Below are positions 50,030 through 63,525 of a stretch of 64,000 nucleotides of DNA, piece after piece. How positions within the stretch are numbered: position 1 is the stretch's first letter; the number at the start of each line of letters is the position of its first letter. Under the pieces are notes generated by a model. The model was not told the DNA's origin. It worked only from the letters and a program-made list of their open reading frames with translations, and did no database searches. Where the stretch lies: contig NC_043018.1 of assembly GCF_006345805.1 (NCBI RefSeq), positions 1,302,001 to 1,366,000 on the forward strand. Direction: 5' to 3'. The DNA is from Octopus sinensis (taxonomy: Eukaryota). The position numbers and the translations under genes were made by a program.

Positions 50030-51229
50030 AGCAACAAGCAAGATGAGGACAAATATCCGTCAAATGTAAATAATACAATTAATGTACATAATTACTCATC
50101 TCTTAATTGTAGAACTGTATAACTCCACAGCGAACTGATCAAAAACTCTTGCCCAGATATATTGAATCTTGTGGCAATACGCCATGAAAAAAAGAAGCGA
50201 AATTTTTCAGCTTCTGGTAAATGTTTTTCGGCATAACTCCACAATTTAGAAATACCTTAGACTTTGTGGGAATGTATACAGCAGAGATATCAATCTGACG
50301 TCATTTGTGTATCTCTAGAATCTGTTGTAGACCTTTATTGACTCACTCGCATTCCTATCCTAGAGTTGTCTGGAAAACAGCTATAAAATTTCCAGCTCGA
50401 AATCTTTCCCAATAGATCTGTTCATAAATCCTCCAGGTCACTGATCACTTCCTTCAAAAGTAATCCCTCTTTCACAACACTCTTTCATCTATTGGTAAAG
50501 TGAAAGTTACACCAAACTCATAGCGCATGTCGTACAGAACCGCGATTGTCTGACAAAATTCCATATGGCAAAGCCTCTGAAGTGCCGATTGTGTCATTAA
50601 CCAAGTCACCACCTTCAATGGTTTGGGCAATGCTAGGGTAATATGTATTCGACTGTGTAGTATGAGCGAAGTGGAATTGTGAAAAATCATCAAAAAAGAG
50701 ATATGACCTCAGAGCAACTGCGAAGTAGTATGAACTTGTGAAAAACATGGTCACTAACAACAGAGGTATTACCATCTTCTAGGAAATGTGTATCTATACT
50801 GTTAAAGAAACGAAAGATCACAATGATGACATCGTTACCAAGGAAGTGACGGCCGGCTAATGTAAATTTATCACCATGCGACACCTTTGAAGAGAAACAA
50901 CACTTTGAAAAATGCATAGATCTTAATCAACTCTTTGTGGGATATGAAAACCAGAATCATACCAGATGTGATTGAAGCACTGGGATACACGAAAATAAGA
51001 ATGGAAAAGATCACCAACCGTATTCTGATCAATATCAATATTTATATATTCACGAAGATGTCACGAATTTGAACACCATTCATATTTTGACAAATGCCTT
51101 TAATCTTCCCTCAACGTGTCATGCATATCATTTGGACTTGGCAGAACTGGATATATAACAGTAACATGAAAAGATATAACTGTTATGACAACAACAGCAA
51201 TAAGAGCAACAGTAACAAAACAATATTAC

Positions 51230-51730
51230 AAACAAACAAAGAATGGCAAGCTAAGCTGCATCAGTAAAAGAGCGCATTGGAATGACACCCGCATGTTTGG
51301 GCTAGAAGTTGAAGAAAACTAATCTGAACACGTGACGGAAGCTGTAATTGGGAATAATAATTAGGGAATTTTATTGACAATGATGGACAAGTCTATCCAA
51401 TGAAGTATCCGATGTATGATTGGAGAGGGTGCAAAAACAGTGGAAACTCAAAGAGTTTGGAAATATCTGGAGCTAGACGGGGAATTGGAAAGATATTGGA
51501 ATCCAAAGGGGACGGTTGTTCTTGTGATAATTGGTGGTAATTGGCTCAGCAGACGCATTAATATCGATGAGAGAGAATATTGGAATAGAGACATGTATTG
51601 AATTACTGGAGCGTACTATCTTGTATGCTTTCAGAATCTTAAGAAATGTTTTTGAGAATTCTTCAAACTTGTTGTTACCAAAGAACAAGACAACACCTCT
51701 GCTAACTCAACGCTCATGTAGTACGCAGAG
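51230..51730 (+). mobile_element. R4/Dong-like LINE 3' end running into (AAT)n
   Basis: AHWNDTRMFGLEVEEN*SEHVTEAVIGNNN*GILL, then VWKYLELDGELERYWNPKGTVVLVIIGG and ELLERTILYAFRILRNVF, matching the KY..L..EI.R.W....VVPVVIGALG / ARILRKVL pattern. Confidence 0.8.
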
Positions 51731-51739
51731 TCATAAAAA

Positions 51740-51950
<211 letters not shown>

Positions 51951-51954
51951 TGGT

Positions 51955-52214
51955 TCTTTCAACATCCTTAAACAACCCTTATTCAGGGACCGTTTGAGCG
52001 GGATGGGCTACTCAACCTGAAGAAAATTCTAACTGGGCCCCACCTGCAAGGTCATGTGCTGTTTATCTTGATATGAGATCACCATGTCGCGCACATATGG
52101 CTGTGATGCATGTGCCTGGTGTACCTTTATCAGACGGGTAGTCATGATGGGTATATTGGGCTTCGTATATTTTACCCCAGTGTCACTTTGATGGCATGAA
52201 CTGCTCTCTCACTC
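51955..52214 (+). mobile_element. LINE 3' UTR-like fragment bounded by (AAT)n on both sides
   Basis: Ends ctgctctctcactc then (AAT)n; R4/Dong affinity is inferred from the TAA context only. Confidence 0.55.
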
Positions 52215-52378
<164 letters not shown>

Positions 52379-52820
52379 TGTCTGTTTTCGTCCATTTCAC
52401 TACCACTATCGCTATAGCTAGCCACCAGGCAGAGGAAAACTGCCTTTCCCTCCCGGTTATAGGAATGGACTCGGCTGCAAAAGCCGTCACCGCTGGTCGC
52501 TGCTGCTGCCGTCGCTGACAATTCTACAACTGCTGCTGGAATGTCGATGCTGCTTCTGTTGTATCTACGTGCTTTTACACCCGCTCTTTTTTCCTCCCCC
52601 TCTCCTGTATTGTTGCCATTGAGGGAGGGAAGAGGACGGAAAATTTCAGCAATTACTAGAACTGCGCCAGGGGCATTTTTTTTTTCTCTCTTAACTCTCT
52701 CACGATGCGCTCTACCACCTTGTTGAATTTTAATTGATAACACGCCCACCCAATATGGCTGCACCGGGCGAGACGATCTCAGGAAAACCAGTAACGGGTT
52801 CCCGCTGTTACTATTAACAA
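52379..52820. promoter_or_regulatory. GC/CpG-enriched island with promoter-like motifs
   Basis: CACGCCC 52741, CCAAT 52750 and YY1-like AATATGGCT 52752; no match to other repeats in the window. Confidence 0.35.
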
Positions 52821-53164
52821 GGTGGATCCAATGTACAAACGAAGCAGCGACACCAAACAAGTGTAAACAAATATTTTAAAACCAATATATTTGGGACGTT
52901 TGCAAACACGTCCGATGTCAACAACAACTTCAACAGCAAAAGTAATAATAATAATTTCTCTTCATCATCAATATCATCTTTCTTCTTTTTCTTCTTATTC
53001 ATCATGATGTTGTTAATATCATTATGGTAACCCACAATGGACACCATATCTTCATCTGTCGCTATCGTCATCATCACCATCATCGTCATCATTATCATCG
53101 TCGTCGTCATCGTCATCATCATCATCATCATCATCACCGTAATCAACATCATCATCATCACCAC

Positions 53165-53420
53165 CAACATATATATATACATACATCACCGTGATCACCG
53201 TGACCGACCAGGCTATCAGATGTTTCTACACATCGCTGGTCACAATGCGCTTCGCATTGTTTTAGCCTTCAAATGACGCCACCTCGCTGGCTAAGCGAGC
53301 CTCGTGGAGCTTTAGGTGTTTTCGCTCAATAAACACTCACAAGGCCTGGTCTGGGGATCGAAACTGCGATCCTCCGACCACGAGTCCGCTGCCTAACCAC
53401 TGGGCCATTGCGCCTCCACA
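53165..53420 (-). mobile_element. SINE family B head with alternative tail, internally deleted
   Basis: Reverse complement of 54049-54365, lacking the segment between two gctc microhomologies. Confidence 0.88.
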
Positions 53421-54048
53421 CATACATACATACATATACATATAAAAGCATATAAATGTATGTGTGTGCGTGTGTAAGTGTGTGAGCGGGAAAGTCAACG
53501 TATTAAATTGTGAGTAAGATACAAGATAATTCCATTAATTATATTCGTCATGGAGAAATAATTTTAAATACTTTTTCTAATATGATCTCCATGGGTAAAT
53601 GGTAAATCGATTGGATGCAGTACGTATTGAAATTTTTAGTTAACATAGGTAAATTAAGTGACCAAGAAATCCAATAAGAGTGAAAACCTCATTAGCTTAA
53701 TGATTGATTGCAATCAAATCATTCAGGGACGACACTCCTGAAATTTTAACAGGAAAAATTATAGTAGCTGTAGTATGTATTAGATCCTAATGAGATTAAA
53801 GTAATTCGAATTTATATATATTTATTAAAAATAAGGTGGGGTGGAGTAATTTTCGTCATGGAGAAGTGCATTTTGGAAGAAGGGGCTTGCATGTCAACCA
53901 GATGGGTGGAAGAGCATTGTAGAAAATGAAAGAGAGTATATTTTAGATTAAAAATGGAACTGTATCTTAATATTGAAAGAATAAAAGAAGTATGGAAAAA
54001 CCGCATTATTTATGGGATGACCCAATATACATACTTATATACTTACAT

Positions 54049-54365
54049 GTGGAGGCGCAATGGCCTAGTGGTTAGGGCAGCGGACTCGCGGTCGTAAGAT
54101 CGCGGTTTCGATTCCCAGACCGGGCGTCTTGAGTGTTTATTGAGCGAAAACACCTAAAGCTCCACGAGGCTCCGGTAGGGTGGTGGTGGCGATCCCTGCT
54201 GTACGCTTTCGCCACAACTTTCTCTCACTCTTTCTACTGTTGGCCTGCTCGCTTAGCCAGCGGGGTGGCGTCATTTGAAGGCTAAAACAATGCGAGGCGC
54301 ATTGTGACCAACGATGTGTAACAACATCTGATAGCCTAGTCGGTCACGGTGATCACGGTGATATA
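54049..54365 (+). mobile_element. SINE family B head with alternative tail
   Basis: tggaggcgcaatggcctagtgg... ending ggtcacggtgatcacggtgat. Confidence 0.9.
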
Positions 54366-54899
54366 CTTACATACATATTATGTAGATCGGTTTTCTTTCA
54401 ATTTCAGCCCACAAAATCCACTAACAAGTATTTGGTGGGTTCGGAACAGCGTAGTGAACTTGAACCCAGAGGAATGCGATTGAGAAGTAAAATTCTTACC
54501 ACACAACGAATCCCGTGTTTATGTCTATCACGATCTTTCAAAGAGCGACAGGAGAACACAATAAATCAGTCATAAACTCCAACGTAAACATTAAACATTA
54601 AATTAATAGAATTGACGAATGAGATCATTATGCAATGTCTTGCAAATACATCGAACCGATACAATAATATTCGCGGACTATATTTATTTGAAACTCAACA
54701 ATAACTAAGTGCACTGTCATTTCAAGGATAAAATCCCGAGCAAATGATAACAAAAGTAATAACAATTGACATTATAATAAATATAAAATATAAAATATAT
54801 ATTTCAAATATTGATAACTTTCATTCGTTGTTCTTTTTCGTCACTTGGAGATTTACGTACACTAAAATATCAAATACTTTTACAAAAGTGTTTTATTAT

Positions 54900-55085
54900 A
54901 TTAATACTACTACTACAACTACTACTACTACCACTAATAATAATAATTTTTATTGCTATTGTTATTATTATTATTATTATCATTCTTCTTCTTCTCTTAT
55001 TATTATTTATATTGTTATTATCATTATTATTTTTATTTTCATTATTATTTTCATTGCTGTTGTTTTTATATTATTATTATTATTA

Positions 55086-55121
<36 letters not shown>

Positions 55122-55185
55122 CATCATCTTTATATTATTATTATTATTATCATCATCATTATTATTATCATCATCATCATCATCA

Positions 55186-55229
<44 letters not shown>

Positions 55230-55283
55230 GTCATCATCATCATCATCATTATTATCATATTATTTTTATTATTATTATTATTA

Positions 55284-55314
<31 letters not shown>

Positions 55315-55375
55315 CATCATCTTTATTATTATTATTATTATTATCATCATCATTTTATTATCATCATCATCATCA

Positions 55376-55413
<38 letters not shown>

Positions 55414-55447
55414 GTCATCATCATCATCATCATTATTATCATTATTA

Positions 55448-55484
<37 letters not shown>

Positions 55485-55490
55485 CTTGGC
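54900..55490. repeat. ~590-bp (ATT)/(CAT) compound microsatellite
   Basis: Direct reading; source of the 195-269 aa low-complexity ORFs. Confidence 0.97.
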
Positions 55491-55745
55491 TACAAAATAC
55501 TTATGTACTCCCATGCGGTGAACGTGATACTTTATATTAGAAATAAAAAATAGCATACTCCATCTGTCAGGATGATAAATATATAAATGAAATATAATAA
55601 CATAAAGATATCAGAGAAAGCAAATAAATAATCATATTCCTATTGAGAAATATCTTATTTCTGTTATTTGTTCTCATTCTTTGCAGTGTTCGTATTTCTG
55701 TTGTGGTTTTCTTGTCATAATTTATTCATGTAAGTGTGCTGTGTG

Positions 55746-55800
<55 letters not shown>

Positions 55801-55988
55801 GTGTGTGTATATATATATATATAATATTATATATGCGTATAGATGTGGTATATATATATATAGATATATCATATAATATATACATATATATGTATGTATG
55901 TATATATGTATGTATATATGTATGTATATAACTTTATATAAATAGGTATTACGTATCTGTATGTTTATTTGTATATTTATACACATGC

Positions 55989-56045
<57 letters not shown>

Positions 56046-56233
56046 TTTTAGACTCATGCATACGCATACATACATGACTACGCACACGCATGTACACCTA
56101 CAAATATGCACACACATATGTGTATATATATATGTATGTATATATATACATTTAATTATACATATATGTATATGTATATTTTCATATGTATATATATATG
56201 TATATATATATATATACATATTTATATATATAT

Positions 56234-56266
<33 letters not shown>

Positions 56267-57306
56267 CATCTATGTATGTGTGTATATATGTATGTCTGTA
56301 TGTATTTATACGTCCAAACAATATCAAACGATATATCATGATTGAATATATTTAGCAAGGGATTTCTTGTGTTGTGTTAAAACAGGTTTTGTAGCTTTTC
56401 TTTTCTACTAGAGCCCTCCACTCCGAACCTACCCCAACCGCTATTTATTAATCACACACAGATATTATTTGATTCGCAACAATATTTTCGTCATTATTAT
56501 TCTTTATTTTTTTTTGTTCGTGTGCGTATATTTGTATCAAATCTTTTATTTTACTCATACAACACAATCTCGGATATACTATTTTGCGTCATCTAGCAGA
56601 GATATGATACAGGTGTTTAATAAATGGCTAACACTAGAATGTGATTACTTCTCAATATAATGGTTTGGATTGCAAATTTTCCTTATCAACAACGTTATTT
56701 AGAGATTTAAGTCTATTTAAAGCTATTCAAAACAGACAAAAAAATAATAGACTTTAAAAAGTGATATAATATATCTGTATATAGCTACAAAGATTTGAAA
56801 TTACGATGGTTTGCTTAGAGTCGTTTGCTTGTAAAAGATAATGTATAAAGGTTACTTATGGAGAATGCCCTAATCTTTATCAGGTTTAATTGTCTTATGA
56901 TCTTGCAGTTTTGCTACTGCAACTAGTTGGAGTCAACTATTATTTAGAGAAACATAGCAATACTCCTGCGTAGAACTGAAACGTATCCACCAAAGGAATG
57001 GCAGTTATGTCTGTGTGATTCAGAAGATCTCTTTTCAACCGTGTGGTTTTGAATTCAATCCCATCTAGCTACACTTCGGGGTCAGAGTTATTTTTTCTCT
57101 GCATTATGAATGAATTTCGTACAGCGAACCTGGGTGGAGGCCCATTACTTGCACACACACACACACAGAGTCCCTCATTCTCACACACAGAAAAGTACAC
57201 AAACACACACACACACACACGACAAAAACACAAACAGAGTTTTATGAATATATGTCTCTGTGCGTGTGTGTGTGTGTGTGTATGTTTGTGTGTATACGTA
57301 CCAAAA

Positions 57307-57726
57307 GATGTGGCTGTGTGGTAAGTAGCTTGCTAACCAACCATATGGTTCTGGGTTCAGTCCCACTGCGTGGCATCTTGGGCAAGTGTCTTCTGCTATA
57401 GCCCCGGGCTGACCAATGCCTTGTGAGTGGATTTGGTAAACGGAATCTGAAAGAAGCCTGTCGTATATATGTATATATATATATGTATGTGTGTGTGTGT
57501 GTGTATGTTTGTGTGTCTGTGTTTGTCCCCCTAGCATTGCTAGACAACCGATGCTGGTGTGTCTACGTCCCCGTCACTTAGCGGTTCGGCAAAAGAGACC
57601 GATAGAATAAGTACTGGGCTTACAAAGAATAAGTCCCGGGGTCGGGTTGCTCGACTAAAGGCGGTGCTCCAGCATGGCCGCAGTCAAATGACTGAAACAA
57701 GTAAAAGAATAAAAGAGTAAAAGAGT
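57307..57726 (+). mobile_element. SINE family A, full length
   Basis: gtggctgtgtggtaagtagcttgctaacc... to gtaaaagag. Confidence 0.92.
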
Positions 57727-58223
57727 ATATATATGTGGATGGAGTGTTTTGGGGTGTATGTCTGCGTATTTGTGTTTGTGTTCCTTACCTGCAACACTTG
57801 GCAACCAATGTTTTAATGTCTACGTCCACGTAATTAATTGTTCAGCGAAAGAAACCGACAGAATATTTACCAAACTTTCAAAGTAATATATATATATGGG
57901 CTTTCTCCAGTTTCCGTCTAACATATGCACTCACAATGATTTCTCAGCCTGAGACTATAGAAGAAGTAATTTTTCCCAAGGTGCCACCCGCTGATTCTGA
58001 ACCATGTGGTTGGGAAGCAAGCTACTTACCACACACATACACCGTTAGTTTACAAACGCAAAAAAAAATGAACCTCCATTGCTTATAATTTACACTGCGT
58101 TATATATACCCTAGTCTCCTATTGTTTATATCGATTATCGACAATTCGACTATCATCGAAATTATCTTAACTGTCTCCATCATCATCATCAACAACAACA
58201 ACAACATCATCATAATAACAATT

Positions 58224-58255
<32 letters not shown>

Positions 58256-58462
58256 AGCCGTTATTGTTTGCAATATCGTTGTATGGGGTCCACTCGAAAT
58301 AAGGTGCAACATCGCAAGGTAAACAACCGTTGACGGTGTATATATATATATCGTCTTCTTTCCTCGAGAACTGCAAATGAATGCAACATGCGATAACGAA
58401 CTCGTATCTTCTGCTATTTCTTCGTGCTCGAATAGCAATACCACAACGTAACCTACAACTAT

Positions 58463-58878
58463 TACTCTTTTACTCTTTACTCTCTTACTTGTTTCAGTCA
58501 TTTGACTGCGGCCATGCTGGAGCACCGCCTTTAGTCGAGCAAATCGACCCCGGGACTTATTCTTTGTAAGCCCAGTACTTATTCTATCGGTCTCTTTTGC
58601 CGAACCGCTAAGTGACGGGGACGTAAACACACCAGCATCGGTTGTCAAGCAATGCTAGGGGAACAAACATAGACACACAAACACATATACACACATATAT
58701 ATATATACATATATACGACAGGCTTCTTTCAGTTTCCGTCTACCAAATCCACTCACAAGGCATTGGTCGGCCCGGGACTATAGCAGAAGACACTTGCCCA
58801 AGATGCCACGCAGTGAGACTGAACCCGGAACCATGTGGTTGGTTAGCAAGCTACTTACCAGACAGCCATTCCTGCGCC
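58463..58878 (-). mobile_element. SINE family A, full length
   Basis: Reverse complement of the 57307 copy at high identity. Confidence 0.92.
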
Positions 58879-59645
58879 TATTGGATAACATTTAGATAGT
58901 ATCGTATTAAATCCTACAATAACGTCTGTCCTAAATATATTTTATTACCTGGTATATATCTAGCTTACTGAAACTAAGATTGCATACTGTGCATAAACCG
59001 TTAGACACTGACATAGCAAGATGTGGTTATTTATTGAAACATCTTGGTCCTCTGTTACCAACGTTCGTGTTCTTGCGACGGAAGCTGTACAATTAAACTT
59101 GGAAATGATTCAAAACAATTGCTTAACAACGAATTCGTAATATAACAGCCACCAGTGAATCCATTAATCATGTTTTAGCTAATGTTAATTAGAGTAACTA
59201 TATCCTAATTAATAAACGACTGCACCAGGTATACACTTGGAAACCGAATTGCTACTCTTGTAGCTAATGATGTTTTTGTTTCTCTTCTACTTGTTACTGC
59301 TCTAGTTGTTTGTGTTGTTGTTCTTGTGGACATTATTGTTGTTGCTGCTGTTGTCGTTTTTGTTGTTGTTGTTGTTGTTGTTGTTGTAGTTATCACTTGC
59401 TAGCGTTGTCGTTGTGATTGTTGTTATTGATATTTCTGGTAGCTTCGCGATCCGCTGTGTGTGTGTGTATGTGTGTGTGTGTATGTATGTGTGTGTGTAT
59501 GTCTGTGTTTGTGTGTGTGTGTGCTTGGAACATATCGATTGCAAACAGTTGTTAATATGATTCTGGAAACACTTCAGCCTCATCATCTTAGTCAACATCA
59601 TCGGCCTCATCACCAGGTCGGCGTTGTCCCCATTATCATAATAAT

Positions 59646-59699
<54 letters not shown>

Positions 59700-60079
59700 T
59701 ATCTTTTCTTTTTCTTCTTCTTCTTAAGATACCCTACCTCGTTTCTTTCTCACCACCATTTTATCCATTTCTATATTCATCCTCATGATTACAATACTAT
59801 GCAACCATCAACAACTGGTTGGTTTTCACCTTTCAATGGTCTTTAGCGAAAATGAACACGATTTAGTAAGGAATCGTATATTTTCATTTTATATTTTTGC
59901 TCAGTGATTACCTTTCCACGATCGTTTACCATTTCAATATCGCAAGATATGTAGAAAGAAAAAGACACAGAGCAAAATGATATAGCGGGTTGGGTTTTGG
60001 GAGAAATACGCATCCCAATATTTCATCGGCCCTTTTATTTAAGAACGTTGAAAGACTAAAAGGAACGTTAACGTCGTTC

Positions 60080-60390
60080 AGACAGTGCCAGACTGGGTCT
60101 AGAAATATTGCTTGCTAGGAGACTTAAGGGGATCCACTCACAACTGCAAGAGGGCCCATCCACAACTTAAATGCTATAAAATATATATCTTTTTTTAAGC
60201 ATTCTTTTCAATTGTCTATAAACACAGCCAGGCTGAAATAATTAATGCATTCTTCCTAGAGTCAAACAATTCTCAAACTTGAGGGAATGAGCCCCTTAGA
60301 TACTAATATGGGTCCCCATATATGGATTCTAATGTCTCAGGGGCGCACTTACTATCGGGCAAGCTAGCAGCCTGGCCAGTCCACCAATGC
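60080..60390. mobile_element. Possible old MITE (hAT-like)
   Basis: Starts cagtgccagactgg and ends cctggccagtcc; degenerate gggccc-type subterminal motifs. Confidence 0.35.
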
Positions 60391-60802
60391 GTACAGATAT
60401 GGAAGACTTTAAAGCAAATAATATATTCGACGCTGCACAGAATTTGACGATAAAATAATTCATACATACGCTCTGCATCCATACGCAGAGACAAGCATAC
60501 AGACAGAACACAGACACACACACACAATTATACTAAAATACTATCTCCATTCTACACGCAACGGTGAACGTGTATTTAGACACACAATTACTTAGATAAA
60601 ATGCCGAAAACATCCTGCAACTGCTTGGCCAGCCAAATGGAGCATTACCGTCATTTCTGCAGCTTGTTATCGTCGCGAATCTCTTAAGGATTTAACTGAA
60701 TAACCCTTATTCGCAATACATTTTTTTATCATACTAACTGGAAAAGTGAAGGAAGTGTGTATTCATCTATATTGATGCTAGCATTAGCCTTATATATATA
60801 TT

Positions 60803-61015
60803 CGGAGACCCCCTTCGGTCACGACACAGACTATGGGATTGCACCTAGAAAGCTACCCTCCTAGACACAAGTCCGAGCGAGGTTGTTTATGGAAGACCAA
60901 CAGTCGCCCATGCATAACAGCCTCCCCTCTGCACGCCACTAGTGTTATCCAAGGGAAAGACAAAGGTCGATACAGCTTGGCACCAGTGACGTCGCAACTC
61001 ATTTCTACAGCTGAG

Positions 61016-61016
<1 letters not shown>
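60803..61016. mobile_element. Interspersed repeat fragment (retroposon-like, unassigned)
   Basis: GC-rich block bounded by (TA)n and ending in actcatttctacagctgagt, similar to the family D segment actcatttttgccagctgagt. Confidence 0.55.
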
Positions 61017-61046
<30 letters not shown>

Positions 61047-61590
61047 GGAGGTATAATTCAGGTATAATTCAAATACCTTTACTTCCGACACATGTTTCGA
61101 AGATTTCACTGATATTATTCCAAAGGAATAAAAGGTTTAGAGCAATGTAATCTTCTCTTCAGGGAAGTGAACAAATGAAACTCGTCAATAACACATTTTA
61201 CCAGAAAATGATGGATATGTATTGTGATTTACTGAACGCTATTAATTTTGTTTGAAAAAATGTTATATGATATAAATTCAGAAGTAGCCTATAGAAAGAG
61301 GAAGGATATTTTTTTAGTGAATGTTAAATATAAAAAGAAAATTAATGCTTAAATTATATATAATGATAGAGAATATAATTAGGTGATGCCTGCAGATGCA
61401 AAGATATCTGTATTTGGAGTAAAATAACTCCATTTAAATTTTAATATGCGATGAAGGCATTTTTGGTGTAATTGATGCCATTTATAACAAGTCCAAGTTT
61501 CACACGAATACACCAGGGATGGTAAGAGACATATATGCAACCACACGCTCACTCACACACCTAAACACATGTACAAATACCTATTTATAT

Positions 61591-61644
<54 letters not shown>

Positions 61645-61646
<2 letters not shown>

Positions 61647-62130
61647 CTTTCTCTTTCTTCCGTGCTCTCACGTGACCGCGTTCAAACTGTTCTTTTCGGC
61701 TTGACCGTGGCCACGTTAACGTTGTTTTCGTTTTTGCCGTAAAGGCTTTTTTCATATACGCCAGCCAAGATAAGTTAAAAATTGTCTAAAGTCCTGCTTG
61801 TCCTTGTACTGTCCACCATTCGTGTTTTTTATTTCTGTTTTTTATTTCTATTTTTGTTTCTTGTATTTATATTCGTGTGGCATCCTGTCTTTGTTTCGTA
61901 TACATTCGATCCTCTTTCCAAGAGATCCAATGCCTGTGGCTTGGTTTTTCCTTGGGGCTGGCCGGTTCGGAGTAATATCGAGATTAAATAGCGGAAATTA
62001 CTAAGATGATCCGGTTACCGACTGAAGATTACAGGCTTCGAGTGACCCGTCTGATTTTTGTGTCGTCTCTTTGTGTGGTTTTGCGTTCTTGTCCCACTTT
62101 GTAATTTATATTTTATATCTAATTTCTATA
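61645..62130. mobile_element. Unassigned repeat-like block between (TA)n tracts
   Basis: Pyrimidine-rich and CpG-containing with sharp microsatellite boundaries; no ORF. Family unknown. Confidence 0.35.
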
Positions 62131-62284
62131 CATATATATATATATATATCCATATATGCATATATATATGTATTTATATATGTATATTTATCTTCATAAA
62201 TATTACTTCTCCTTATTTTCCTCTATATTCCGTATATCCTCAATACCCACGATAATTCGAACTCAAATATTTTGTCACGCCGAT

Positions 62285-62330
62285 TCTCTGATGAAGGGAT
62301 AACCATAATATCCCAGTAACAGCTGTAAGA
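62285..62330 (+). ncRNA. Hammerhead motif in a PLE end, degenerate GAA
   Basis: TCT CTGATGA A GGGATA accataa TATCCC A GTA ACAGCTGT A AGA: 8-nt palindromic stem III, A13 mutated. Confidence 0.6.
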
Positions 62331-62394
62331 CTTCTTCCTTATAAATGTTCGGAAATCTCCTCACAGCCTTGAATTTGTTATCTCCTCTTGTTTC

Positions 62395-62435
<41 letters not shown>

Positions 62436-62751
62436 TTCCTTCTTTCCTGAGCGGCCAATAATACTATATTTGATTCTACGTCCTCGCGCTAGTGTGTTTT
62501 TTTGTGCTTTATATGGATATATGGATATATATATATATATATTTATATGCCATAAATTTTCTGTACATAGATCATTTCTGAAGATTCTTCGAAACAAGAT
62601 GAAATCGCGAAACAGATAACTAACCGAAATTCTGACTACCTCCTTCCTCTTAAGATATATACTAAAATATGTACAGCACTTCCAACAAAATACACACACA
62701 CACACACGCACACACACATGTATGCATGTATGTAGTGTGCATACGCATATG

Positions 62752-62811
<60 letters not shown>

Positions 62812-63399
62812 ACATACAGGTATATACATACACGTACGCGTAGGATTGAATTATACATGTATATACACATGTATATATACATATTATACGTACATACGTA
62901 CTTGGAAATATATATTGTAGACAGTGTGTCCATAAATAATTTTTCAAACATCAATATATCATCGTATACATGCGTTGTGATCAGAAAATGTCGCCAAGAT
63001 CGAGGTATTTACATGTTTCTTATAAAATATTTTCTATGTGCTTACGTTTTCCTGTAAAACCTGTTAAGGTGTTTTTGTAACTCATTTTTCTTTCAAATTG
63101 TAAACTTAATATATATAAACAACTTCAGTATCCATGTGTATCCACACTCATTCATATACACACATACAAACATATTTACACACGTGCGCGTGCATGCATA
63201 TACACATACACATACACGCATGAATATATATATATAGAGAAAGTAAACCTCTCCAAAGAGATGTACTTGCATAGCGAGTGACTTGATCTGAGCTTGATCT
63301 GTGCTAGAGCAAAAACAATTGCAGCGTGGAAGGTGTTTATAAGCCATTTAAGAAACACACAAAACCGTTAGATTCACTTCAACATTTACATTTAATTTG

Positions 63400-63440
63400 C
63401 AAAATATTTTCGTCGCTTTAAGACCGCGATCTGTTCACTG
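63400..63440 (-). ncRNA. Hammerhead-like motif with G3:C8 swapped core
   Basis: Reverse complement: CA GTGAACA G ATCGC ggtcttaaa GCGAC GAA AATATT T TG; palindromic stem III, only 2 bp of stem I in this copy. Confidence 0.45.
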
Positions 63441-63482
63441 AGGAAGCTTCATGCTGTATCTCTTGTTGTATATATATTTATT

Positions 63483-63525
<43 letters not shown>

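Larger units (their letters stand above)
49666..50118. mobile_element. Penelope-like inverted-terminal cassette with 12-bp flanking direct repeat
   Basis: Arms at about 49666-49790 and 49948-50065 are reverse complements around (ATT)n and a tRNA-SINE head; ataactccacag at 49654-49665 and 50119-50130. Confidence 0.8.
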
